Shown: piece after piece, positions 37,901-47,160 of the stretch | Layout: each line of letters begins with the position of its first letter | Numbering within the stretch: the first letter of the stretch is position 1 | NCBI GenBank assembly: GCA_910577825.1 | Contig: CAJTOK010000013.1 | Span: 416-64,415 of the forward strand | DNA: 64,000 bases | Direction: 5' to 3' | DNA from: an uncultured Lachnospiraceae bacterium | GTDB taxonomy: Bacteria > Bacillota > Clostridia > Lachnospirales > Lachnospiraceae | Notes under the pieces: model-generated | Seen by the model: only the letters and a program-made list of their open reading frames with translations | The model's database searches: none | What the model was told of the DNA's origin: nothing | Position numbers and translations under genes: made by a program

Positions 37901-39559
37901 GTTTCCGTCCTCGCCAATATAAACGCTTGTTGAAGTAACGATTTCTTCACGTATAGCATCAATAGGCGGGTTTGTTACCTGTGCAAATAACTGTTTAAAA
38001 TAATTAAAAAGCGGCTGCGGCTGTTCTGACAGCATAGGAAGTGGTGAGTCTGTGCCCATTGAAGCAATAGGTTCTGCACCATTCTGCGCCATTGGAAGTA
38101 TTGATGTTTTATATTCCTCAAATGTATATCCAAATGCTTTCTGTAACCTTGCCCTTTCTTCATCTGTAAATTCCGCAACTTTTTTATTAGGTATTTTTAA
38201 TTCTTTAAGCGTGACAAGGTTATTATTAAGCCATTCACCGTATGGCTGGCGTGATGCGTATTTTTCTTTAAGCACATCATCATCCACAAGTTCACCTTTT
38301 ACAGTGTCCACAAGCAGCATACGCCCCGGCCTTAAACGGTCTTTTTTAACAACCTTTTCCGCAGGTATTTCAAATACGCCTACTTCTGATGAAAGTATAA
38401 GCTGCCCGTCTGTTGTTATATAATAACGTGAAGGCCTTAAACCGTTACGGTCAAGCACAGCACCCATAAGGTCGCCATCAGAAAAAAGGATTGACGCCGG
38501 CCCGTCCCACGGTTCCATCATTGTTGCATAATACTGGTAGAAGTCCCTTTTCTTCTGGCTTAAACTAAGGTCATGCTCCCATGGTTCTGGAATTGTAACC
38601 ATAACTGCAAGCGGAAGTTCCATACCGCTCATTACAAGAAATTCCAGCGTATTGTCAAGCCTTGCCGAATCAGAACCATTTGGGTTTACAACAGGCAGCA
38701 CCTTGTGGAAATCACTTGAAAGATACGGTGTTTCCATAGTTTCTTCACGTGCAAGCATCTTATCTGCATTACCTACAATAGTGTTAATCTCGCCATTATG
38801 TACAATAAAACGGTTCGGGTGTGCCCTCATCCAGCTTGGGTTTGTATTTGTGCTGAACCTTGAATGTACTATTGCAATAGCTGAAAGGTAATCCGGGTCC
38901 TGCAAATCCTCAAAGAAAAGGCGCAGCTGCCCTACAAGGAACATTCCTTTATATACTATGGTACGGCTTGAAAATGATACTACATATGTATCATCATTAC
39001 TTTGTTCAAACACACGCCTTGCTATATATAACTTTCTGTCAAATGCAAGCCCCTTCTCCACATCCTCAGGACGTTTTACAAATGCCTGCATAATACATGG
39101 CATACAGTCTGCCGCTTTATGCCCGAGGATTCCTGGCACAACAGGCACACTCCTCCAGCCAAGAAGTGCAAGCCCCTCTTTTTGTATAATTACCTCAAAC
39201 ATCTTCTTTGCCTGGTTTCTCTTTAACTCATCCTGTGGAAAGAAAAACATGCCAATGCCGTAATCACGTTCCTCCCCAATTTCAAATCCTGATGCCTGTA
39301 CGGCTTTCTTAAAGAAATTGTGTGAAATCTGCAAAAGGATGCCAACACCATCACCCGTTTTTCCTTCTGCATCCTTGCCGGCACGGTGCTCAAGTTTTTC
39401 AACTATGCCAAGTGCACCTGATACAGTATCATGCGTTTTATTGCCTTTTATATTTACAATAGCGCCGATACCACAGTTATCATGCTCAAAACGCGGGTCA
39501 TACAGCCCTCTCTTTTTATTTCCTAATGCCTGGGAAGCTTCTTTAATTCCATTAGCCAT
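34991..39559 (-). CDS. gltB: glutamate synthase large subunit
   Basis: ~1520 aa with an Ntn amidotransferase start (DNCGIGAIV), FMN and GXGXG domains. ATG at 39559 follows GGAGGA. Confidence 0.95.
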   Translation of the reverse strand: MANGIKEASQALGNKKRGLYDPRFEHDNCGIGAIVNIKGNKTHDTVSGALGIVEKLEHRAGKDAEGKTGDGVGILLQISHNFFKKAVQASGFEIGEERDYGIGMFFFPQDELKRNQAKKMFEVIIQKEGLALLGWRSVPVVPGILGHKAADCMPCIMQAFVKRPEDVEKGLAFDRKLYIARRVFEQSNDDTYVVSFSSRTIVYKGMFLVGQLRLFFEDLQDPDYLSAIAIVHSRFSTNTNPSWMRAHPNRFIVHNGEINTIVGNADKMLAREETMETPYLSSDFHKVLPVVNPNGSDSARLDNTLEFLVMSGMELPLAVMVTIPEPWEHDLSLSQKKRDFYQYYATMMEPWDGPASILFSDGDLMGAVLDRNGLRPSRYYITTDGQLILSSEVGVFEIPAEKVVKKDRLRPGRMLLVDTVKGELVDDDVLKEKYASRQPYGEWLNNNLVTLKELKIPNKKVAEFTDEERARLQKAFGYTFEEYKTSILPMAQNGAEPIASMGTDSPLPMLSEQPQPLFNYFKQLFAQVTNPPIDAIREEIVTSTSVYIGEDGNLLEEKAENCNVLKICNPILTDTDLIKIKSMDKKGFKCVDIPITYYKNTSLEKALGRLCLAADRAYREGVNILVLTDRGVDENHVAIPSLLAVAAMQQHLVTTKKRTRVAMILESAEPREVHHFATLLGYGACAINPYLAHSTIKELIDNGMLDKDYYAAVNDYDSAVLHGIVKIASKMGISTIQSYQGSKIFEAIGISKDVIGKYFTDTKYCAGSLELKDIQEQVDRLHSTAFDPLGLSVDLTLESRGQHKARGNKEAHLYNPETIHLLQQSVWTGDYGLFKQYSKAVDEKEHTMNLRSLLDFNYPAKGIPLDEVESVDEIVKRFKTGAMSYGSISQEAHETLAIAMNRLHGKSNSGEGGESLERLLTAGQEEDRCSAIKQVASGRFGVTSRYLVSAKEIQIKMAQGAKPGEGGHLPGGKVYPWIAKTRHSTPGVSLISPPPHHDIYSIEDLAQLIYDLKNSNKDARISVKLVSEAGVGTVAAGVAKAGAAVILISGYDGGTGAAPRSSIYNAGLPWELGLAETHQTLIMNGLRSHVRIETDGKLMTGRDVLVAALLGAEEYGFATAPLVTMGCVMMRVCNLDTCPVGVATQNPELRKRFKGKPEYVENFMRFVAQELREYMAALGIKNVDGLIGRTDLLKAKEEKAGKYNIDLAEILDPSFANERKENKFNPKNLFDFGLEKTIDAQVLLPELRDAIEKKEKRKISANVTNTSRSLGTILGSEITKKHNDTLDEDTITVECHGSGGQSFGAFIPKGLRLELVGDSNDYIGKGLSGGKIVVYPPAGTKFKADENIIIGNVAFYGATSGKAFINGIAGERFCVRNSGCTAVVEGVGDHGCEYMTGGRVVILGNTGKNFAAGMSGGVAYVLDENSDLYLKLNKELVSSAPVTDKYDVIELKSIIEEHVEATGSEKGKEILSNFSEYLPKFKKIISYDYSKMLQLIAKMEGQGLDYERAQIEAFYASRKNNG

Positions 39560-39607
39560 TATAATATCCTCCATTTCCATAATATATGAAGAGCTTTCTT
39601 AAACAAC

Positions 39608-39640
39608 AAAAAAAGAGCCCAGCAATAAAAGCTGGACCCC
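39608..39640 (-). terminator. terminator-like hairpin inside the gltB leader (candidate attenuator)
   Basis: Minus strand GGGGTCCAGC-TTTTATT-GCTGGGCTCT (wobble-containing 10-bp stem) immediately followed by TTTTTTT. It lies about 20 nt after the predicted TSS and about 48 nt before the gltB ATG. Confidence 0.5.
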
Positions 39641-39661
39641 TTTGTCCGCCAATCTTGTAGT

Positions 39662-39690
39662 ATTATATTACAGGTTCCAGGAAAAAGCAA
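39662..39690 (-). promoter_or_regulatory. predicted sigma-A promoter of gltBD
   Basis: Minus strand TTGCTT (39690..39685), a 17-nt spacer, then TATAAT (39667..39662). Confidence 0.5.
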
Positions 39691-39852
39691 CAAAAATTAG
39701 TTAGAAGATATATTTTTTTAATTTAATTAAGTTTTATTGGCATTTAACTTAATTTTATTAAGCGAAGAGCATAGATTGCATTGTGTGTGCGCTTGTGATA
39801 AAATAATGGCATTGGCGGGTTTAACAAACCAGCATCTGGAAGGAGCGTCTGT

Positions 39853-40233
39853 ATGAAAAAGAAATATCTTATACTTATAATTGCCATTATCATTGCAATA
39901 GCCAGCGTAATAAGTGTCTATATAATAACAAGGCCAAAAGTATTAGGCAATATAAGTAACAGCTATACAGAGCAGACAACTACAACTTCTGATATTTCAT
40001 TCTCTGGGGAAGCAGGCAGCAGAATAAAGTTTTCATCCAGGTCTGATATTATAAGCGGGGATTTAGATATAGTATTATATGGCCCGGATGGAAATGAAGT
40101 ATATACATTAGACAAAGCAAAAGAGTTAGAAACTTTTTTTACTTTGGAGCATTCAGATATATATACTTTGGCAGCAAAATGTAATAATTTCATTGGGAAG
40201 TATAAAATTGTTGTTTATATTATGCCAGATTAA
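39853..40233 (+). CDS. hypothetical membrane-anchored protein
   Basis: GGAAGGAG RBS, an N-terminal TM helix, then a beta-rich 90-aa domain. No known motif. Confidence 0.55.
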   Translation: MKKKYLILIIAIIIAIASVISVYIITRPKVLGNISNSYTEQTTTTSDISFSGEAGSRIKFSSRSDIISGDLDIVLYGPDGNEVYTLDKAKELETFFTLEHSDIYTLAAKCNNFIGKYKIVVYIMPD

Positions 40234-40275
40234 ACCGTTCTGTCAGGTACAGAAATTGCCGTTCCAGCATATTTT

Positions 40276-41409
40276 TTATTGCAGCAGCCGGAAAACCTGT
40301 TCTACAGAAAGCAGCAGGTTTTTCTTTGCAGTTTCTGTATCCATTGCTTCTTCCATAGTAGTTACGCCACGTACAACCGGGAAAAATGCGTGTATTCCTT
40401 CTTCATTGCACCTTCCTGCATCTTCTGTAACACTTCCTGCAAATGCAATTACTTTACAATTATATTTTTTTGCAAGATGTGCTATGCCTGCAGGGACTTT
40501 GCCCATTGCCGTCTGGGAATCCATGCGCCCTTCACCAGTAATGACAATGCCAGCATCTTTTAATTCCGCTTCCAGCCCCACTGCTTCTAAAACAACAGAA
40601 ATTCCAGGCTTTAGTCCCACATGCTGGAAAAAGCTTAAAAATGCAAAACCAAGCCCTCCTGCTGCCCCTGCGCCTGGTACATTCCTGTTATCCTTTCCGG
40701 TAAACCCTGCCGTTTTCCCTGCATAATGCAGCATAGCTTTATCCAGTGCTTCCAGTTCATCCTGTTTAACCCCTTTTTGCGGCCCGTAAACATAAACTGC
40801 CCCGTTTTCACCACAAAGCGGGTTTGTAACATCACAGGCCACCTGGAAATGGCACTCTTTTAACACTTCTGGTACATTTTCTGCACAGATTGCCTTAATC
40901 CTGCCAAGGCTTCCCGGTACTGGCGGCAATAAATTTCCCTCTGCATCATAAAATTTATAACCAAGTGCCTGCAGCATACCAATACCGCCTTCTGTTGTTG
41001 CACTCCCGCCAATGCCAATAATAAACTCCCTGCACCCACGGCCTGCAGCATCCAGAATCATTTCACCCACGCCTGTTGTTGATGCCTTCCACGGGTCTGG
41101 CTTATTTTTACCTGCCAGAATAATTCCTGCTGCCTCTGCCATTTCTATAACAGCTGTTTTCTGCCCCGGCAGTATCCCGTATTTTGCAGTTACAGGTTCT
41201 CCAAAAGGCCCTGCCACTTCTACAGTGGCATAAGTCCCGCCAAGCCCTTCCACCAGTGCCTCCGTTGTCCCCTCTCCCCCGTCAGCCACTGGCTTTACTA
41301 CAACACAAGCCTCCCCGCAGGCTTTTAAAACCCCGTCCCTTGCTGCATACCCTGCTTCCAGCGAAGTCATGCTTCCCTTAAATGAATCCATTGCTATTAC
41401 CACTTTCAT
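40276..41409 (-). CDS. glycerate kinase
   Basis: MKVVIAMDSFKGS..., ADGGEGT, and a C-terminal ITGEGRMDSQT motif typical of the GlxK/GarK family. Confidence 0.9.
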   Translation of the reverse strand: MKVVIAMDSFKGSMTSLEAGYAARDGVLKACGEACVVVKPVADGGEGTTEALVEGLGGTYATVEVAGPFGEPVTAKYGILPGQKTAVIEMAEAAGIILAGKNKPDPWKASTTGVGEMILDAAGRGCREFIIGIGGSATTEGGIGMLQALGYKFYDAEGNLLPPVPGSLGRIKAICAENVPEVLKECHFQVACDVTNPLCGENGAVYVYGPQKGVKQDELEALDKAMLHYAGKTAGFTGKDNRNVPGAGAAGGLGFAFLSFFQHVGLKPGISVVLEAVGLEAELKDAGIVITGEGRMDSQTAMGKVPAGIAHLAKKYNCKVIAFAGSVTEDAGRCNEEGIHAFFPVVRGVTTMEEAMDTETAKKNLLLSVEQVFRLLQ

Positions 41410-41451
41410 AATAAATCTCCTTCCGCCTTCCCAAAAACAGACAATAAACCA

Positions 41452-41868
41452 TTAGCTGGTAATCTCTATTATTTCTCCCGTTACATTCTTTTCCCTGTCA
41501 ATTTTATATGCTTTTAATACAGGGCACATAATATCCATTAAAGATAAAACCATATAACTTACATTAAAATCATACGCAAGCCTTTTGTCTTCTCCAGAAA
41601 GAACGGCTGGCGCACATGGATGTGAATGGAAATTCCCTGCCATCTGCAAACCATTTTTGTGCATATCCTTTACTGCGGCAAACTGTTCCCTTATATCCAT
41701 TGTAAAATGGGTTGTGCTGGACTCAGTATTTGTTAAAAAATATATCTTTTTAATATGCCAGCCATCCCCGTTTTTAATCCCGCCAGCAAGGCCACAGGCT
41801 TCATATGGAAGACGGCTTTTACAATATTCTAAAATATTTAAATAATCATTTCCAGGGATATATAACAT
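41452..41868 (-). CDS. JAB/MPN (M67) metalloprotease-fold protein
   Basis: EACG followed by a complete JAMM motif, HSHPCAPAVLSGED (HxH-x7-S-xx-D). Confidence 0.8.
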   Translation of the reverse strand: MLYIPGNDYLNILEYCKSRLPYEACGLAGGIKNGDGWHIKKIYFLTNTESSTTHFTMDIREQFAAVKDMHKNGLQMAGNFHSHPCAPAVLSGEDKRLAYDFNVSYMVLSLMDIMCPVLKAYKIDREKNVTGEIIEITS

Positions 41869-41892
41869 ATTTAACCACCCCGCACAATAAAT

Positions 41893-43422
41893 TTAGAACT
41901 CCTTTATATGCTCTTTCCCGTATATCTCATCTTTTTCGAGCATTGAAAGTATCTGTGCTTTTTTAGTTCCTGCCATTAATTCCTCGTTATATTTAAGATA
42001 CCTTTCACATTTATTTTCAGAAAGATAGGAAACAGCCTTCCTGTCCATTGTAAGTTCTGTTACAAATACCACCATCTCCTGCCCGTTTCCAAATGCTGCT
42101 TCCATAAAATCAAAAGCATTTTCAAGTGCTGTGCCTGTCTGTTCCTCAAGATTTTCAAGCTCTGTGCACCAGATTTCAAAACCCTCATCTGCCTGGTTAA
42201 ATGCTTCATATGGATTATTGGCAGAAGGCCTGTTTTCCGTGATTATCTCCATGAATTTTATATAGTATCCCTCTTGTTCTTTTGTATAAAAACCAGCCTT
42301 TATTCCAGGATTTATGCTTTCAGTATAATCTTTATAAATGTTATTGTATACATCTAAACAACTTTCATTATCACCCATTTTTTCCATTCTTTCTTTAAAT
42401 ACCCGCAAAAAGAAATACCACTCTGTTGCTATAAAATGGTATCCAAATGTTTTGTCAAAATAAATATCAAGCCCGCTTTTTAAAAGGTTTACAACGCTTA
42501 ACCTCTCATCAAATGAAGCCCTGTATATCCTTTCATATACCGCAGGTGTGGCATTGCCAGCAAGAATATCATTAATCCCATAATCATCCTGGTATTTTTT
42601 ATATAAATCAAGATATGCAGCCACATCTTTTGCAACTTCCCTGTGCTGTACAAATTCATAAATTATTTCTTCATCTATATCTGTTCCAAGTTCATTATAC
42701 GCTTTTAACAGGCAGCTTAAATCCTCCCATCCCCTTGCAGTTACAAACTGTATCCCGTCTACATCTGCTTCTGCTTTGTAGAAATTCTGCGGGCGCAGTT
42801 CAAGGTAGCTTAAAATTGCCGGGTTTATCCGGTTTTCACGTGCATATTCACGCCAGACACTGTATTCTGCATTAACTTCTATCTTCCTTACACGGTCAAG
42901 TGTAACCATGTCAAATTCATGTACAGATTTATTGTATTCAGGTGGGTTGCCGGCAGCCACTATAATCCAGCCTTCAGGGACTTTCTTGTTACCAAACGTC
43001 TTGCATTGCAGGAATTGTAACATTACCGGGGCAAGCGTTTCAGACACACAGTTAATTTCATCAATAAATAAAATTCCCTCCTCTAGCCCGCTGTCCCTTA
43101 TTTTGCTGTATACACTTGCAATAATTTCACTCATAGTATATTCAGTAACAGAATATTTTTCACCATTAAATTCCTCTTCTTTTATAAATGGAAGCCCTAC
43201 TGCACTCTGCCTTGTATGGTGTGTGATTGTATATGCAACAAGCCCAATTTTAAGTTCCCTGGCTATCTGTTCCATTATCTGCGTTTTGCCTATTCCTGGC
43301 GGTCCTATAAGCAGGACAGGACGCTGCCTGATTGCAGGTATTTTATATCTGCCTGCATGGTCTTTCATAAGGTATGCTTTTACCGTATTTTTAATTTCAT
43401 TTTTAGCTTTTTTTATATCCAT
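41893..43422 (-). CDS. MoxR-like AAA+ ATPase (AAA_5 type) with long helical C-terminal extension
   Basis: Walker A GPPGIGKT, Walker B ILFIDEINC, AAGNPPEYN sensor region. ATG at 43422 follows GGAGA and overlaps the upstream gene by 20 nt. Confidence 0.8.
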   Translation of the reverse strand: MDIKKAKNEIKNTVKAYLMKDHAGRYKIPAIRQRPVLLIGPPGIGKTQIMEQIARELKIGLVAYTITHHTRQSAVGLPFIKEEEFNGEKYSVTEYTMSEIIASVYSKIRDSGLEEGILFIDEINCVSETLAPVMLQFLQCKTFGNKKVPEGWIIVAAGNPPEYNKSVHEFDMVTLDRVRKIEVNAEYSVWREYARENRINPAILSYLELRPQNFYKAEADVDGIQFVTARGWEDLSCLLKAYNELGTDIDEEIIYEFVQHREVAKDVAAYLDLYKKYQDDYGINDILAGNATPAVYERIYRASFDERLSVVNLLKSGLDIYFDKTFGYHFIATEWYFFLRVFKERMEKMGDNESCLDVYNNIYKDYTESINPGIKAGFYTKEQEGYYIKFMEIITENRPSANNPYEAFNQADEGFEIWCTELENLEEQTGTALENAFDFMEAAFGNGQEMVVFVTELTMDRKAVSYLSENKCERYLKYNEELMAGTKKAQILSMLEKDEIYGKEHIKEF

Positions 43423-44710
43423 TATAATCTCCATTCCCAATCTGCATTCTCATTGCCCAGGCCGGTACTCTGGTTTCATCATAACTGCCTGCAAAAATAA
43501 ATGCTGTTTTATATGCAGGTTTTTTCTTAGGGTAAATTCCCTTGCCATCTGTAAAATACACAAGCCCGCGCAGGTTTTTTAAAATTTTATTTTCAACAAG
43601 GCTGTCCACATAAGAAAAAACAGGCCTGAAATCCGTACCCCCGCCGCCAATTATATGGAAGCTGCCAAGCACATGTTCAAGATGCTCTTTATTCTTTATT
43701 TCCAAATCCATGCGTATATCATCATCGCATTGTATTATCCTCATATGGCAGTCACTGAAAAAACTGTTCTTCTCTGCCAGTATATTATAAGTTTCCCTTA
43801 AAAAATTTTTAACCATTTCACCATTGGTAGAATAACTCGTGTCAACTGCCACAACAAATTCCTGTATTTTTACAGATTCACGTGACTCCAAAGGCTCAAT
43901 TAAAGGCAGGCTGCCATATAGTGAAAGCCCGTAAGTATAGTAATTTAAATCAAATTCATCAGGACTGCATTTAAGTTCTTCATGCAGTACAGCAAATTTC
44001 CTTAAAAAATCACTATAACTGCGCCTTCCCTTTAAAATCCTTGCTCTTTCGTCAAATATCTTTGCTCCGTTCTTTTCTTCATCACCACGTTTTTCAAGTT
44101 CCATCTGCGACTGCCTGGAAATCTTGTCCCATTTGTCCATTGCAGCTTTTGCGGCAGATGGCATTTTTTCTTCATCTGGCCAGTATATATGGCTGTCTGT
44201 GTAAAATTCCCTTTGTAACTTTTCTATGCCATCATTGTCCAAATCTAAAAGCCCGTTATAAATAACAGGTGCAGATACAGTTTCCCCTGTCTGGTTTATC
44301 TGCCCGTAAACCTGCTGCCTGGTAAATCCCAGAGGCCTTTCCAGGGAAGGTTTTTTTATGCTGTCAATGGTGTATTCCACAATAATATCACATGCTATGT
44401 CCCATAAAACCCTGCTCCTGCCATTACAAATCCAGGGATGTGCGTAAATGCAGTGCAGTATGCTGTGGAGGTACAGCCTGTTTAAAAAACGGGAATTAGA
44501 CTTAAAAACCCTGAACAGCTGGCTGGCAGAATAATAAAGGTATTCCCCGTCTGTTGCCAGTGTGTCAATGTTATCATCCCTTTTCCATAAAAGCCCTGAT
44601 AATGCCTGGTCCATAAACCTTAAATCAAAGTAAAGTTCATTTCTGGCAAAACCGAGTATTTTAGCTGACATTTCATCTTCCCATTCTGTCTGGGTAATAT
44701 TATGTGCCAT
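43403..44710 (-). CDS. DUF2201-type protein: metallopeptidase-like N-domain plus VWA domain
   Basis: LYLHSILHCIYAHPW occupies the HExxH position. The C-terminal VWA has a DTSYS MIDAS motif. Start set at MAHNITQ (44710) after GAAAGG; the upstream ATG at 44758 is also possible. Confidence 0.65.
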   Translation of the reverse strand: MAHNITQTEWEDEMSAKILGFARNELYFDLRFMDQALSGLLWKRDDNIDTLATDGEYLYYSASQLFRVFKSNSRFLNRLYLHSILHCIYAHPWICNGRSRVLWDIACDIIVEYTIDSIKKPSLERPLGFTRQQVYGQINQTGETVSAPVIYNGLLDLDNDGIEKLQREFYTDSHIYWPDEEKMPSAAKAAMDKWDKISRQSQMELEKRGDEEKNGAKIFDERARILKGRRSYSDFLRKFAVLHEELKCSPDEFDLNYYTYGLSLYGSLPLIEPLESRESVKIQEFVVAVDTSYSTNGEMVKNFLRETYNILAEKNSFFSDCHMRIIQCDDDIRMDLEIKNKEHLEHVLGSFHIIGGGGTDFRPVFSYVDSLVENKILKNLRGLVYFTDGKGIYPKKKPAYKTAFIFAGSYDETRVPAWAMRMQIGNGDYNGYKKS

Positions 44711-44729
44711 ATAATTATGCCTTTCTATA

Positions 44730-45692
44730 TTAAAACTTATATCTTCTTTTCTTTGCATCTTCTATAAACCCATGCTTCCATTTCAAAAGGCTTGCCGTAC
44801 CTTCTCCCCAGCCTGTCATAGAAGCTTTTGATGCTGCATTGCTAATCCCTTCTGCATCCGCATACCGGTTCTTGCACATAAAATGCAGGGCTTCAAGTTC
44901 CCTTTCTGCTACAAGTATCTCCATAATTTCCATGTTATTGGACTTAATATACCCTTCATACCTGTATTTTGGGGCATCTTCAAGCAAAAAAGGGTACATA
45001 AGCCTTCCAAGTGCCATTTTATATATGGTATTTACACTTTCTTCTACTGAAGCCTTGCCAAATATCTGGTCATATTGTTTAAAATCAGGGATATTCCCGT
45101 TAAAACACTGTCTTGCCCTGAAACCCTCCCCTGTAATATTCCTGCCAAATATATGCGCAGGTGCAATTTCATCATATGATTCTGTATATTCTGGAAATAC
45201 AAGCATTGCATTAATCCTGCCATTATCATAAAAATACACATCAAGATGCGTGTCCAGGCGGCTTAATATCTGCCTGAGCCCGCCAGGGGTATCTGCCCTG
45301 TGCCTTAAATAAAGCTTTGTAAAACTTGTACAGTTCATAAATATATCACTTCCTGCTTCTTTTAAAGCAGCACCCGCTTCAATGGAAATAAGCTTGCGGC
45401 AGTTATAAAACGCATTATTTCCAATTTGTTCCAGAGTATCCGGCAGTATTACGCTTTCAACATTATTGCCGCAGAACTCAAAAAGATTACTGGCAGCAGG
45501 CATATCTGTTCCAATATAATTACCAGCCCTGTTTATTCCGGAAAAGCAATATGCACCAACAGATACAACTTTCCTGCCATTAAGTTCTTCTGGTATCCGC
45601 ACCGAAGGCATGCCTGAATATACACGCAGTATCCTGGCGCCGTTTGATGTATCCTGCCAGACAAACGCAAGCCCCTCTTTCTCTGTATACAT
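44730..45692 (-). CDS. cytoplasmic leucine-rich-repeat (BspA/LRR_5-type) protein
   Basis: Repeats of the ...IGxxAFxxCxxL... type (VGAYCFSG, IGNNAFYNCRKLISI, GSDIFMNCTSFTKL). No signal peptide. ATG at 45692 follows AAGGTGGTG. Confidence 0.6.
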   Translation of the reverse strand: MYTEKEGLAFVWQDTSNGARILRVYSGMPSVRIPEELNGRKVVSVGAYCFSGINRAGNYIGTDMPAASNLFEFCGNNVESVILPDTLEQIGNNAFYNCRKLISIEAGAALKEAGSDIFMNCTSFTKLYLRHRADTPGGLRQILSRLDTHLDVYFYDNGRINAMLVFPEYTESYDEIAPAHIFGRNITGEGFRARQCFNGNIPDFKQYDQIFGKASVEESVNTIYKMALGRLMYPFLLEDAPKYRYEGYIKSNNMEIMEILVAERELEALHFMCKNRYADAEGISNAASKASMTGWGEGTASLLKWKHGFIEDAKKRRYKF

Positions 45693-45705
45693 AATGTACA
45701 CCACC

Positions 45706-47160
45706 TTATAATTCTTTATTAAACCTGAATAAAAAGCTTGTCCCCCTGCCCTGTATGCTTTTGCAGGATATTTCTATATTATGCTTATTTGCAATCTGTT
45801 TTGCTATGGAAAGCCCAAGCCCGCTCCCTGTCCTGTTTTCATCTGTCCTTTCTTTATAAAAGCGGTCAAATATATATGGAATATCTTTATCTGGTATTCC
45901 TTTGCCGTAATCTGATATTATAACAGTACATTCTTCCTGTCCCTCTTTTATACAAACATCCACAGGCTGTCCCGGCATAGAAAACTTTATTGCATTGTCA
46001 AGCACAACTGTAAACATCTGCCGTATCCTGCCATAATCACCATAAAAAGGAAATGGACTGTTATTAAGTTTTAAATTAATAACTATATTTTTGCCAGATG
46101 CAGCCTGGCGCATGGAGCGGACAGCTTCAGAAAGCACATCTTCCAAGTTTATTTTTACTTTTTCTATTTTAAAACCTGTATTCTGCAGGCGTGAAAGCTC
46201 TAACAAATCATTAACAAGCCTTTGCAGCTGTAAAACATCACTAAGCATCTGCCCAAAATATTCTTTCATTTCGCCTGGCTCTGTAACAAGCCCTTTATAA
46301 AGGACTTCGAGTGAACCTTTTATAACTGTAACAGGCGTCCTTAATTCATGCGAGATATTTGAAATAAAATCCTGCCGCATTTTGTCAAGTTCCTTTCTTT
46401 CTTCACTGGCAGCAGAAAGGCGTGATGACAGTTCATCAATATTATACGCAAGCACACCCGTTTCGTCATTTTGTTTAATGCCTGTTTTTGCCTGGTAATT
46501 ACCTTTTATAAGTTCACCTGTCACACTGTACATTACTTTCAAAGGGCTTATAAAACGGCGTGCAAGAAAGATGGAAAGCAGGGCGGCAAATACAAGCGCA
46601 GTTAAAATACAAAATAAAAGAATAAAAATACCATCATGCTGTGCCTGTTCCATGCCTTTTATAGAACTATGCAGCAAAAGCACAGCAAATATATCACCAT
46701 TCCCATCTTTTACAGGTACTCCTGTTGTTACAGAAGAACTGCCAGGCATTATGCTGGATTTTTGTATACATCCTGCTTCCTCCTGGAATATCTGTTTTAT
46801 TATTTCTTCTGCACCCTCTGGCAGTCCATCATCTGAGAAAGAACCTCCCCTGTGGCCTGTTTCAACGCTTTGTGCCTCTTTGTCTACAAACCACACCTTG
46901 CTCATTGCAATTTCATCTATAAACCTGAGATAAGCGCCATATCCGCCGCCCATGCCAGGGCCACGCCTGCCAGTTCCTGCCTTCTGGAATTGTGATAAAG
47001 TGCCTGCAACAGAAAGTGCCCTCTCTTTTAATTCCTGTTTATGCAGGTTTGCGGTATGCTGTGTAAATAAAATCTGGAACAATGCCCCTGCCATAACTGA
47101 AAAAAGCAGTAAAACAGCCGAAAAATATCCAATAAGCCTTCTTGTAATTTTATATTTCAT
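45706..47160 (-). CDS. sensor histidine kinase (HAMP-HisKA-HATPase)
   Basis: Two TM segments, H-box SHELRTP, N/G boxes (DNAIKF, SDYGKGI, GSGLGLSI). Confidence 0.9.
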   Translation of the reverse strand: MKYKITRRLIGYFSAVLLLFSVMAGALFQILFTQHTANLHKQELKERALSVAGTLSQFQKAGTGRRGPGMGGGYGAYLRFIDEIAMSKVWFVDKEAQSVETGHRGGSFSDDGLPEGAEEIIKQIFQEEAGCIQKSSIMPGSSSVTTGVPVKDGNGDIFAVLLLHSSIKGMEQAQHDGIFILLFCILTALVFAALLSIFLARRFISPLKVMYSVTGELIKGNYQAKTGIKQNDETGVLAYNIDELSSRLSAASEERKELDKMRQDFISNISHELRTPVTVIKGSLEVLYKGLVTEPGEMKEYFGQMLSDVLQLQRLVNDLLELSRLQNTGFKIEKVKINLEDVLSEAVRSMRQAASGKNIVINLKLNNSPFPFYGDYGRIRQMFTVVLDNAIKFSMPGQPVDVCIKEGQEECTVIISDYGKGIPDKDIPYIFDRFYKERTDENRTGSGLGLSIAKQIANKHNIEISCKSIQGRGTSFLFRFNKEL

